A DNA stretch of 32,000 bases. It comes from Candidatus Saccharimonadota bacterium. Its GTDB lineage: Bacteria > Pseudomonadota > Gammaproteobacteria > Enterobacterales > Enterobacteriaceae. The translations under genes were made by a program, and so were the position numbers. Location: the NCBI RefSeq assembly GCF_023585745.1, contig NZ_CP097762.1, forward strand, positions 120,001 through 152,000, in the 5' to 3' direction. The notes beneath the pieces are model-generated. The model made no database searches, was not told the DNA's origin, and worked only from the letters and a program-made list of their open reading frames with translations. Positions 1-8,921 of the stretch are shown piece by piece; the stretch's first letter is position 1; the number at the start of each line of letters is the position of its first letter.

Positions 1-1
1 T

Positions 2-772
2 CAAGCTGGGTGTATTATTGCGCGTGATGTACTAGATGTTAAATTAACAGTATTAAATAAATTTCACGAATTTTCTAATACGCAGAAACAAAATTTTGTT
101 AACTCAACAGTAAGTGCTTCCAAAAAATATATTTGGAATCAAGGTATTTGGAATATGAATTCAGGTAAATTTATTACCCCAATAAATTTACCGTATCATG
201 TTGTAGTATATGATTTTGGTATTAAAAGAAATATTATGCGTATGTTAGTAAATTATGGTTGTTTATTAACTGTGGTACCTTCTAATACTACAGCATATGA
301 AATAATTGATTTAAAACCTGATGGTATTTTTTTATCTAATGGACCCGGTAATCCAAATTTATATAAATATGCAATTAATGCTATTAGATTATTCTTAGAT
401 ACAACTAATATCCCATTATTTGGAATTTGTTTAGGACATCAGTTATTAGCATTAGCTAATGGCGCAAAAGTAATAAAAATGAAATTTGGTCATCATGGTT
501 CTAACCATCCAGTTAAGGAACTAAAAACTAATAAGATTATAATCACTGCTCAAAATCATAATTTTGTTATAGATAAAAATGCTCTACCCGATACATTACA
601 AATAACACATATTTCATTATTTGACGGAACACTACAAGGTATGCATCATGTTAATAAACCCGCATTTAGTTTTCAAGGGCATCCAGAAGCTAGCCCAGGC
701 CCGCATGATGCTGCATCATCATTATTTGGTCATTTTATTGAGTTAATTAAAAATTATCGTAATCAACAATAA
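2..772 (+). CDS. carA: Carbamoyl-phosphate synthase small (glutamine amidotransferase) subunit, 5'-truncated by the window edge
   Basis: The frame is open from nt 2 with no stop before the ORF-track Met at 155, so the gene enters from upstream. The translation QAGCIIARD...YHVVVYDFGIKRNIMRML...FGICLGHQLLALA...FSFQGHPEASPGPHD is collinear with E. coli CarA. It includes the amidotransferase Cys (GICLGHQ) and the HPE motif. Stop TAA at 770-772. Confidence 0.95.
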   Translation, partial: QAGCIIARDVLDVKLTVLNKFHEFSNTQKQNFVNSTVSASKKYIWNQGIWNMNSGKFITPINLPYHVVVYDFGIKRNIMRMLVNYGCLLTVVPSNTTAYEIIDLKPDGIFLSNGPGNPNLYKYAINAIRLFLDTTNIPLFGICLGHQLLALANGAKVIKMKFGHHGSNHPVKELKTNKIIITAQNHNFVIDKNALPDTLQITHISLFDGTLQGMHHVNKPAFSFQGHPEASPGPHDAASSLFGHFIELIKNYRNQQ

Positions 773-776
773 GTAT

Positions 777-783
777 AAAGGAG
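777..783 (+). promoter_or_regulatory. Shine-Dalgarno sequence for carB (AAAGGAG)
   Basis: AAAGGAG lies 7 nt upstream of the GTG start at 791. It is one of the few purine-rich GGAG motifs in an otherwise AT-rich spacer. Confidence 0.6.
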
Positions 784-790
784 TTACGAT

Positions 791-3700
791 GTGCCAAAAA
801 GAACTGATATAAATCGTATCCTATTATTAGGATCTGGTCCAATTGTTATAGGGCAAGCGTGCGAGTTTGATTATTCTGGAGTGCAAGCTTGTAAAGCATT
901 ACGTGAAGAAGGATATTACATTATTTTAGTTAATTCCAATCCTGCTACAATCATGACAGATCCAGATTTAGCTGATGTTACTTATATTGAAGCTATTACT
1001 TGGAGAATAATATCTAAAATAATAGAAAAAGAACGTCCCGATGCATTATTATGTACTATGGGTGGACAAACTGCTTTAAATTGCGCTTTAGATCTAGATC
1101 GTTATGGTATTTTAAAAAAATTTAATGTTATTACAATCGGTGCAACTATAGATGCTATTTATAAAGCAGAAGATCGTCAAAAATTTCGAGTATCTATGGA
1201 AAATATTGGATTAGAAATAGCGCGTTCTGATATTGCAGACAACATGGATAAGGCTATGTTAATATTAAAAAATATTGGTCTTCCTTGTATTATTCGTCCT
1301 TCTTTTACTTTAGGTGGAACCGGAGGAGGTATAGCTTCCACTACAGAAGAGTTCAAAATGTTATGTAAGAACGGATTTAATTTATCGCCAAACCATGAAC
1401 TTTTAATTGATGAATCCTTAATTGGTTGGAAAGAATATGAAATGGAAGTAATACGTGATATTAAAGATAATTGTATCATTATATGTTCTATAGAAAATAT
1501 AGATCCTATGGGTATTCATACCGGTGATTCCATTACTGTAGCGCCAGCTCAAACCTTAACTGATAAGGAATATCAAATTATGAGAAACGCTGCAATAATG
1601 GTTTTACGCGAAATTGGAATTGCAACTGGGGGAGCAAATGTACAATTCGCTGTACATCCAAAAAATGGAAAATTGATTGTTGTTGAAATGAATCCTAGAG
1701 TTTCAAGGTCATCGGCTTTAGCTTCAAAAGCTACCGGGTTTCCTATAGCAAAGATAGCAGCAAAGTTAGCTATAGGTTATACTTTGGATGAATTATCAAA
1801 TGATATTACTAATGGACGCATTCCCGCTTCTTTTGAACCATCTATTGATTATGTAGTCACTAAAATTCCGAGATTTAATTTTGAAAAGTTTCCTGGTTCA
1901 TATAATAGGTTAACAACTCAAATGAAATCTGTAGGTGAAGTTATGGCCATTGGTCGTAGTCTACAGGAATCTTTACAAAAAGCAATACGTGGATTAGAAA
2001 TAGGGGCCACTGGTTTTAATTCTAAAATTAATTTAAATCATCCTAAAGTTTTTAGTAAAATTGCATATGAATTAAGAAATGCTAGTAATAATAGAATATG
2101 GTATATTGCTGATGCTTTTCGTTATGGTATGTCTGTAACACAAGTGTTTCATTTAACTAAAATTGATCGTTGGTTTTTGTCACAAATTCAAGAATTAATA
2201 CAATTAGAAAATGAAATAGTATCTTTAGGTATATCGTATTTAAATAAAGATAAGTTATTAATGCTCAAAAAAAAAGGATTTTCTGACGCGAGACTAGGAC
2301 AATTAACAAATGTTTCGGAAGATAGCATTCGAGTCTTAAGATATATGTATGATATACATCCTGTATACAAACATGTAGACGCTTGTGCTGCAGAATTTTC
2401 TACTGATACTTCTTATATGTATTCTACTTATGATGGTGAATGTGAATTCCAATGTGATAAAAAAGAAACTATTATGATATTAGGAGGTGGACCTAATCGT
2501 ATTGGACAAGGCATAGAGTTCGATTATTGTTGTGTTCATGCAGCAATGGCATTGCGTGAGAGTGGATACCACGTGATTATGGTGAATTGTAATCCTGAAA
2601 CTGTTTCTACTGATTATGACATTTCAGATGTTCTATATTTTGAACCAATAACGTTAGAAGATATTCTAGAGATTGCTCGTGTTAATAAACCAATAGGTGT
2701 AATCGTACAATATGGAGGCCAAACTCCATTAAAACTTGCTAAAGCAATAGAAAATGCTGGAATATCTATAATAGGTACACACCCTGATGCAATAGATCAA
2801 GCAGAAAATAGAGAACGATTTAAACGTTCTATCAAATATTTAGGATTAAAGCAACCAAATAATATTACTGTTACATCTTTAAATATAGCTCTTAGTAAAA
2901 TTAAAACTATAGGATATCCAGTAGTAATAAGGCCTTCATATGTGTTAGGGGGAAGAGCTATGAAAATAGTATATAATGAAGAAGAATTACTATTCTATTT
3001 TAGAAATGCTGTGAGAGTTTCTCATAACGCTCCAGTATTATTAGAACATTTTTTAGATAATGCAATTGAAGTAGACATAGATGCTATTTGTGATGGAAAA
3101 AGAGTATTAATCGGCGGGATCATGGAACATATTGAACATGCAGGTATCCATTCTGGAGATTCAGCATGTTCTTTACCGGCCCATACATTGAATAAAAATA
3201 TACAAGATGAAATACGTAATCAAGTAAAAAAATTAGCGTTTGAATTTAGAATAAAAGGTTTAGTAAATATCCAATTAGCAGTACAAAAAAATAAAATTTA
3301 TATAATTGAAATTAATCCAAGAGCCTCAAGAACAATACCTTTTGTATCTAAAGCGACTGGTATTGCTTTAGCAAAAATCGGTACTCGTGTTATGATTGGA
3401 CAATCTTTGTTGTCTCAAGGTATAGTACAAGAAGTGGTTCCTCCATTTTTTTCAGTAAAAGAAGTAGTTTTACCATTTAATAAATTTATTAACGTTCATC
3501 CAATATTAGGGCCAGAAATGAGATCTACTGGAGAGGTTATGGGAATTGGGCGTTCTTTTGAAGAAGCATTTGCTAAAGCGACATTGAGTCATCGATCTAT
3601 TTATATAAAAAAAAGTGGTTGTATATTATTATTATTATCTGATAAGGATATGAATAAGGTAGTTGATTTGGTTACTAAATTTTTGCATAAAGGTTTTATG

Positions 3701-4039
3701 TTGGATGTTACATATGAAACTGCTAAAATATTAAAAAAATCTGGTATTGAATCTAATTTGATTCAACCAATCCATTTAAATAATGGATATGTTTATAAAA
3801 AAATAAAAAATAAAGAATATATATATGTTATTGATACTAATTCAGTTAACGTTTTTGACAAAAGTAATAACAATTCTACATTATTTTGTCAGATTGCTTT
3901 GAAACACAATATTCATTATGGTACCACAGTAAATGGAAGTTTTGCGACAGCAAATTCATTACTTATAGATCCTACCGAATATGTTATATCTGTACAAGAT
4001 ATGCATTTAAAAATAATGAAGACATTATTTAATCAATAA
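791..4039 (+). CDS. carB: Carbamoyl-phosphate synthase large subunit
   Basis: 1082 aa. The N-terminus [30 protein letters not shown] is nearly identical to E. coli CarB. There are two ATP-grasp halves; the second begins [19 protein letters not shown]. The C-terminal allosteric/MGS-like domain is present. GTG start with an upstream SD. Confidence 0.97.
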   Translation: MPKRTDINRILLLGSGPIVIGQACEFDYSGVQACKALREEGYYIILVNSNPATIMTDPDLADVTYIEAITWRIISKIIEKERPDALLCTMGGQTALNCALDLDRYGILKKFNVITIGATIDAIYKAEDRQKFRVSMENIGLEIARSDIADNMDKAMLILKNIGLPCIIRPSFTLGGTGGGIASTTEEFKMLCKNGFNLSPNHELLIDESLIGWKEYEMEVIRDIKDNCIIICSIENIDPMGIHTGDSITVAPAQTLTDKEYQIMRNAAIMVLREIGIATGGANVQFAVHPKNGKLIVVEMNPRVSRSSALASKATGFPIAKIAAKLAIGYTLDELSNDITNGRIPASFEPSIDYVVTKIPRFNFEKFPGSYNRLTTQMKSVGEVMAIGRSLQESLQKAIRGLEIGATGFNSKINLNHPKVFSKIAYELRNASNNRIWYIADAFRYGMSVTQVFHLTKIDRWFLSQIQELIQLENEIVSLGISYLNKDKLLMLKKKGFSDARLGQLTNVSEDSIRVLRYMYDIHPVYKHVDACAAEFSTDTSYMYSTYDGECEFQCDKKETIMILGGGPNRIGQGIEFDYCCVHAAMALRESGYHVIMVNCNPETVSTDYDISDVLYFEPITLEDILEIARVNKPIGVIVQYGGQTPLKLAKAIENAGISIIGTHPDAIDQAENRERFKRSIKYLGLKQPNNITVTSLNIALSKIKTIGYPVVIRPSYVLGGRAMKIVYNEEELLFYFRNAVRVSHNAPVLLEHFLDNAIEVDIDAICDGKRVLIGGIMEHIEHAGIHSGDSACSLPAHTLNKNIQDEIRNQVKKLAFEFRIKGLVNIQLAVQKNKIYIIEINPRASRTIPFVSKATGIALAKIGTRVMIGQSLLSQGIVQEVVPPFFSVKEVVLPFNKFINVHPILGPEMRSTGEVMGIGRSFEEAFAKATLSHRSIYIKKSGCILLLLSDKDMNKVVDLVTKFLHKGFMLDVTYETAKILKKSGIESNLIQPIHLNNGYVYKKIKNKEYIYVIDTNSVNVFDKSNNNSTLFCQIALKHNIHYGTTVNGSFATANSLLIDPTEYVISVQDMHLKIMKTLFNQ

Positions 4040-4116
4040 ATATGTGAATATATTAATATAAAAACATTTTTATGTAAATGATCATAATAAAAATATAAAT
4101 TTTACTTTTATTAAGT

Positions 4117-4614
4117 ATGATTATTAGCTTAATTGTTGCATTAACTTCAGAACATATTATTGGGAATAATAATAAAATTCCTTGGAATTTTCCAGAAGAT
4201 ATTAAATGGTTTAAATATCATACTATATATAAACCTATAATTATGGGAAGAAAAACTTTTGAATCTTTGGGAAAAAAACCATTATTAAACAGATATAACA
4301 TTGTTTTAAGTAACAGATTATCAAGATATAATTATCATAATGTTTTTATAGCAAATAATTTATATTCTGCTTTATCTGTTATAAAGAATAAAGATGAAAT
4401 TATGATAATTGGAGGTGGTGCAATATATAAAATTTTTTTTCCGTATGCTCAGCGTTTATATTTAACATATATTAATAGTAAAATTTCTATTGAGGGAGAC
4501 ACATGGTTTCCATGGTATAATAGAAAAGAATGGGTGTCTATTTTAGATTATTCTTATAAAACTAATAAATATAATTGTTTTGAACTAAATTTTCAAATTT
4601 TAAAACGTCGTTGA
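4117..4614 (+). CDS. folA: Dihydrofolate reductase
   Basis: 165 aa. MIISLIVAL...IPWNFPEDIKWFKYHT..KPIIMGRKTFESLG...IMIIGGGAIY...LYLTYI...GDTWFP is collinear with E. coli FolA (159 aa). Confidence 0.93.
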   Translation: MIISLIVALTSEHIIGNNNKIPWNFPEDIKWFKYHTIYKPIIMGRKTFESLGKKPLLNRYNIVLSNRLSRYNYHNVFIANNLYSALSVIKNKDEIMIIGGGAIYKIFFPYAQRLYLTYINSKISIEGDTWFPWYNRKEWVSILDYSYKTNKYNCFELNFQILKRR

Positions 4615-4718
4615 GTATATATTATTTAATGTATGAATAAGTGATTTATGAATGTATTTAAATAAAAATTGACATATATAGAACTATTATTAGGCAAGTA
4701 ATAAAAACGCTCTAAATT

Positions 4719-5555
4719 TTAATTATTTTGAATAATAATGTGCGGTATTTCTGGAGCACAGGATAGTTTTTTAATTTTTTTATGTTCCCATTGTAATATA
4801 GTTAACGAACCACCCCAACAACAACCAGTATCCAATCCATAAATCCTCGGAGGAATTTTAGCATTTTTTAATGATGCCCAATGACCAAATATAATATTAT
4901 ATGCAGGATCAATAACTCTTTTGAAAGAAAACCATGGATACAATTCTTTAGGGGAAGATTTAGGATCTCCTTTATATTTTAAGTTTAATTGACCATTCGG
5001 ATAAATATAACGCATACGTGTAAATACATTAACATTATTTTGTACTCTCTTTATAATTTCTGGATGAACATATTTAATATTAGATATATTCTGATGAGTA
5101 AATAATATACTAAGGTCATCACTAGTTAAAATTGATTCTATTTCTCGTGCATATTCTTGAGTATTTAATAGATTCCAATGGGGATGAATACCAGCATGCG
5201 TCATTAATATCTTTTCGTTTTCATTTATATACAATAAAGATTGATGTCTTAACCAATATATTAATTCATCTGAATCTGATGCATGTAATATTTCATGAAA
5301 ATAATCGACGTATTTTTTATTATGCATATCAAAAAAAGTTTTTAATAAATGTAATTCATGATTACCTAATACGGTATAAGCACTTTTACGTAAAGAATAA
5401 ACGTAACGTAGAACTTCTAATGAATTTGGTCCTCTAGAAATAAGATCTCCAGTTAAATGCAATATATCCATATTTGGATCAAAATTAACAAGATCTAAGA
5501 TCTTCATTAAACTTGAATAACATCCATGAATATCTCCAACAAAATAATTAACCAT
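4719..5555 (-). CDS. apaH: Bis(5'-nucleosyl)-tetraphosphatase, symmetrical (Ap4A hydrolase)
   Basis: 278 aa. Metallophosphoesterase motifs GDIHGC, TGDLISRGP and GNHELH are present. The C-terminal GLDTGCCWGG matches E. coli ApaH, and the length is similar (about 280 aa). Confidence 0.93.
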   Translation of the reverse strand: MVNYFVGDIHGCYSSLMKILDLVNFDPNMDILHLTGDLISRGPNSLEVLRYVYSLRKSAYTVLGNHELHLLKTFFDMHNKKYVDYFHEILHASDSDELIYWLRHQSLLYINENEKILMTHAGIHPHWNLLNTQEYAREIESILTSDDLSILFTHQNISNIKYVHPEIIKRVQNNVNVFTRMRYIYPNGQLNLKYKGDPKSSPKELYPWFSFKRVIDPAYNIIFGHWASLKNAKIPPRIYGLDTGCCWGGSLTILQWEHKKIKKLSCAPEIPHIIIQNN

Positions 5556-5770
5556 TTTAAATTAAAAATCTTGAAATTAAATGAATTAAATTCACATTGT
5601 AATATGATACACTATCAGGATGTATATTGCTATATAGTTAGAAATTATTACTGTAAGTAATAATGAATTATTATTTGAAAATATTTTATATAAATAAAAA
5701 TTTAATAACATTAATATATACGAGTTCATTAAAAATAATTCGTGGGATACTATTTCTTAAATAGGTTATC

Positions 5771-6601
5771 TTAAAAGCTATTTTTTAGGATTTTCAGCTT
5801 GTCATTTAACATAGATGTTAAAGTGCAATATTGATTAATAGTGATATTTTCTGCTCTTAGTTTCGGATTGATTCCTTGTTTTAACATTTCATTACTTCTG
5901 AAAATTTCAGATAAACTATTGCGCAAAATTTTACGTCTTTGTCCAAAAGCTAACTTTGTAATCAGTGATAAGTGTGCTATATTAATTTTTGGATATGGAA
6001 TAATATGATGTGGTATTAATTTTATAAATGTAGATCTCACTTGTGGAATGGGAAAAAAAGAACTTTTTGGTATGTTTATTATAGGTGTATTAACACAATA
6101 ATATTGTGTTAATACACTTAAGCGTCCATATGCTTTTGAGTTGGGAGCAGCTAAAATTCTATCAGCTACTTCTTTTTGCATGGTAAAGTACATATCATTA
6201 ATTACATGAATATATTGGAACAAATATATAATTAATTTTGTAGATATGTTATATGGCAAATTTCCTATTAATCGAAGTTTTTTTCCCATTCTTAATGATA
6301 AATCAATGAAATTTATATTCATTACATCTTGATGATAAATATTAAGTTTTTTATTAAATATTTGGTTTAACTGTTTAACTAAATTTAAATCACATTCTAT
6401 TACAATTAAAGAATTAATATCAGAGGTAATTTGTAATAATTTTTTAGTTAATGCTCCTAATCCAGGTCCAATTTCTACTATTTTTTGATTTTTTTTAGGA
6501 GCAAAATTGGTAAGAATGTCATTAATAATATTTTGATCTTTCAAAAAGACCTGACCCCACTTTTTTTGTATAAAATGATTTTTATAATATAATTTTTTCA
6601 T
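5771..6601 (-). CDS. rsmA: 16S rRNA (adenine1518/1519-N6)-dimethyltransferase
   Basis: 276 aa. KKWGQVFLKD, the SAM-binding motif VEIGPGLGALT, GNLPYNIST, and KAYGRLSV..QYYC are collinear with E. coli KsgA/RsmA. Its start overlaps the pdxA 3' end by 20 nt (6582-6601). Confidence 0.93.
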   Translation of the reverse strand: MKKLYYKNHFIQKKWGQVFLKDQNIINDILTNFAPKKNQKIVEIGPGLGALTKKLLQITSDINSLIVIECDLNLVKQLNQIFNKKLNIYHQDVMNINFIDLSLRMGKKLRLIGNLPYNISTKLIIYLFQYIHVINDMYFTMQKEVADRILAAPNSKAYGRLSVLTQYYCVNTPIINIPKSSFFPIPQVRSTFIKLIPHHIIPYPKINIAHLSLITKLAFGQRRKILRNSLSEIFRSNEMLKQGINPKLRAENITINQYCTLTSMLNDKLKILKNSF

Positions 6602-7610
6602 ACATACAATTATTACTCATGTTAATAGCTACATTGATAGCTGTGATCATACTATTAGGTAATGCTTTGCCAGATCCAGATAATTCTAAGGCAGTACCAT
6701 GTGCCACTGAAGTTCTAATAAATGGTAAGCCAAGTGTAATATTCACTGATGTGTTAAATCCAGAGTATTTTAATACAGGTAAACCTTGATCATGATACAT
6801 TGCTAATATTACATCAGCATGTTTTAAATATTTTGGTTGAAATATAGTATCAGCTGGTATGGGTCCTAATATTTGATAATTTTTATTTTTTCTCAAAATA
6901 TTTAATGTAGGTATAATGATTTCAATTTCTTCTCTGCCTAGATAACCTGATTCTCCAGAATGTGGGTTTAACCCACATACATAAATTTTCGGGCGTAAAA
7001 TACCAAAATATTTTTTTAAACTTTCAGAAAGAATATGAATAGTTTCACTAAGAGTTTTATGGTTAATAGATTTTGTAATAGATGCAATGGGTATATGGGT
7101 TGTTACTAATGCTACACGAAACTTATTATTACTTAGCATCATAACAGTTTTTGAACAATTACTAATTTTAGATAAAAATTCTGTATGTCCTTGAAAAAAG
7201 ATATTATATTTATTAATAATAGCTTTGTGCACTGGACCAGTTACTAATGCTGCAAATTCTCCAGTTATACATCCATGAGTCGCGCGCGTTAGAGTATTAA
7301 TTACATAACGACTATTTTTTATATTTAATTGACCAGGAATTGAATTTTGTGAAAGGAGTGAAGGTAAAATAGATATTTCTCCGGGTTTACAGGGAAATGG
7401 ATTTTTTTTGGGATAGTATGAACGTAATTTTAAAGGTAAATTAATTATTTTTGCTCTATCTAATAATAGATTAGGATCTGCGCATATAACTAGTTCTACA
7501 GGCCATTTTTTTTGCGCGCTCATAATTAGTATATCAGGCCCAATACCTGCAGGTTCTCCTGCAGTAATAATAATACGTTTATATTTTTGTATATCTTTAG
7601 TATTTTTCAT
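6582..7610 (-). CDS. pdxA: 4-hydroxythreonine-4-phosphate dehydrogenase (PLP biosynthesis)
   Basis: 342 aa. IIITAGEPAGIGPDI, WPVELVICAD, GEFAALVTGPVHK, GHTEF, CGLNPHSGE, AMYHDQGLPVLKY and LGLPFIRTSVAHGTALEL match E. coli PdxA throughout. It overlaps the surA 3' end by 14 nt. Confidence 0.94.
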   Translation of the reverse strand: MKNTKDIQKYKRIIITAGEPAGIGPDILIMSAQKKWPVELVICADPNLLLDRAKIINLPLKLRSYYPKKNPFPCKPGEISILPSLLSQNSIPGQLNIKNSRYVINTLTRATHGCITGEFAALVTGPVHKAIINKYNIFFQGHTEFLSKISNCSKTVMMLSNNKFRVALVTTHIPIASITKSINHKTLSETIHILSESLKKYFGILRPKIYVCGLNPHSGESGYLGREEIEIIIPTLNILRKNKNYQILGPIPADTIFQPKYLKHADVILAMYHDQGLPVLKYSGFNTSVNITLGLPFIRTSVAHGTALELSGSGKALPNSMITAINVAINMSNNCMYEKIIL

Positions 7611-8904
7611 TTTGATGAATAATCTTAATATATGAAGATGAATGTAATTCTTGGATCCATTTATTCATAATTTCATTATTTTTTTTATCTAATAAATATA
7701 AATAAGCACGTTCATATTTAATATCAGAATAATTAATAACAGACATATCTATTAACTGAATTAAAAATCCTCCATAATTAGTGTATATTGGCGTACTAAC
7801 TTCGTTCTTTTTTAAAGAAAGTAACATTTGTTGTATTTCTGAATCAAACATATCTAAATCTTTAGATGTTATATTTTCTATATAGAAATTAAAACAACTA
7901 TGATTCTTTAATTTTTCATTAATAATCATTGAAAACGGCGTGTTTGTATTTTCCACAAGTTCTTTAATTTTAGTGAGTTCTTTAGTTATATTTACATGAT
8001 CGTATGATTCTTTTATGCCAAATATTTTTGCATATACTTTAGTTATAGGAAAACTAGCTTTTTTATAACGTATATCTTTTATTTCTAAGATATGTATTCC
8101 ATCATGCGATGCAATTGGTCCAATTATATTACCTGGTTCTATTTTAGATAAATATTCATCAAAAATAACAGGTATATCTTGCCAATTGGTCCATTCCGAA
8201 TCTATTATTCTAATAGTATGAATAATATCATTATAATAATAAATATTTATTAGATCTTTTTTGTCAAATTTTTTATATTTTTTTTGATCAATCAATAATT
8301 TTGCAAAATATTTTGTTTTGTTTATTTGGTTTAACGTTGGATTTATAGGCAAAGAAAACACAATATGATTTAATTTAAATTGTTTGTTAAAATTAATAAC
8401 ATTAAATTTATTAATAATATTATTTATTTCATTTATTGAAATATTATTACTGCCATATTGATGTAGAACAGAACTGTATATAGTCCTTTTAAGTATATCT
8501 TGATATTGTTTAAAATAATATTTTTGGTAATCTATATTTATATCATTCAAATATTCTTGAAACTGATGTATCGTCATTCCGTATGACATTGCAATGCGTT
8601 CAATTACCCAATGAATTTGATTATATTCAACAGTAAAGTTTGTGTGATCAGTTATTTGAAAAATTATATTTTCTATGATTAGTTGTTCTAATATTCTTTT
8701 ATAGGAGAGAATATCTGGTGTTATATCAATTAAATTAATATCGAAAATATTATTTCGAGTCATATATATTTGATGTTTAACATCGCTATCTAATATAGCA
8801 TTATTATTTACTAATGCTACAATTTTATCTATTGTTTTAAATTCCCCAAGAACTACACTAGTTTTAAATATGAAAACTAAAGTTAATTTTTTCCAAAATT
8901 CCAT
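7597..8904 (-). CDS. surA: Periplasmic outer-membrane-protein chaperone / parvulin-type PPIase SurA
   Basis: 435 aa, against about 428 in E. coli. It has a hydrophobic N-terminal signal-like segment followed by DKIVALVNNNAILDSDV (E. coli DKVAAVVNNGVVLESDV). Parvulin-like segments GPIASHDGIHILEI and GGFLIQLID are present. The C-terminus SSSYIKII matches E. coli ASAYVKIL. Conserved position between lptD and pdxA. Confidence 0.88.
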   Translation of the reverse strand: MEFWKKLTLVFIFKTSVVLGEFKTIDKIVALVNNNAILDSDVKHQIYMTRNNIFDINLIDITPDILSYKRILEQLIIENIIFQITDHTNFTVEYNQIHWVIERIAMSYGMTIHQFQEYLNDINIDYQKYYFKQYQDILKRTIYSSVLHQYGSNNISINEINNIINKFNVINFNKQFKLNHIVFSLPINPTLNQINKTKYFAKLLIDQKKYKKFDKKDLINIYYYNDIIHTIRIIDSEWTNWQDIPVIFDEYLSKIEPGNIIGPIASHDGIHILEIKDIRYKKASFPITKVYAKIFGIKESYDHVNITKELTKIKELVENTNTPFSMIINEKLKNHSCFNFYIENITSKDLDMFDSEIQQMLLSLKKNEVSTPIYTNYGGFLIQLIDMSVINYSDIKYERAYLYLLDKKNNEIMNKWIQELHSSSYIKIIHQNEKY

Positions 8905-8921
8905 AATAATTTATTTATATT

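Noticed and set aside
1177-1479. Other antisense or out-of-frame ORFs in the track. These are 1177-1479 and 2188-2370 (in carB), 5132-5437 (apaH), 9239-9430 (lptD), 13754-13948 and 14039-14284 (leuC/leuB), and 17172-17447 (rsmH). Also 18365-18589 and 19509-19769 (ftsI), 20903-21097 (murE), 23233-23472 and 23491-23802 (mraY), and 26700-26924 (murG).
   Set aside because: Each is fully embedded in a gene whose own frame shows end-to-end homology to a well-known protein. None has independent signals or recognisable domains. They were treated as spurious.
2267-2275. Homopolymeric A/T tracts that might be frameshift or transcriptional-slippage sites, a phenomenon described for poly(A) tracts in Blochmannia and Buchnera genes. 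Nine-nucleotide runs occur at 2267-2275 (carB), 10411-10419 (lptD), 16164-16172 (leuA), 23359-23367 (mraY) and 24005-24013 (murD).
   Set aside because: All these tracts are in frame, encoding KKK or FFL/FF. The flanking reading frames stay homologous to E. coli on both sides. I saw no run of 10 nt or longer, so nothing here needs slippage to restore a gene.
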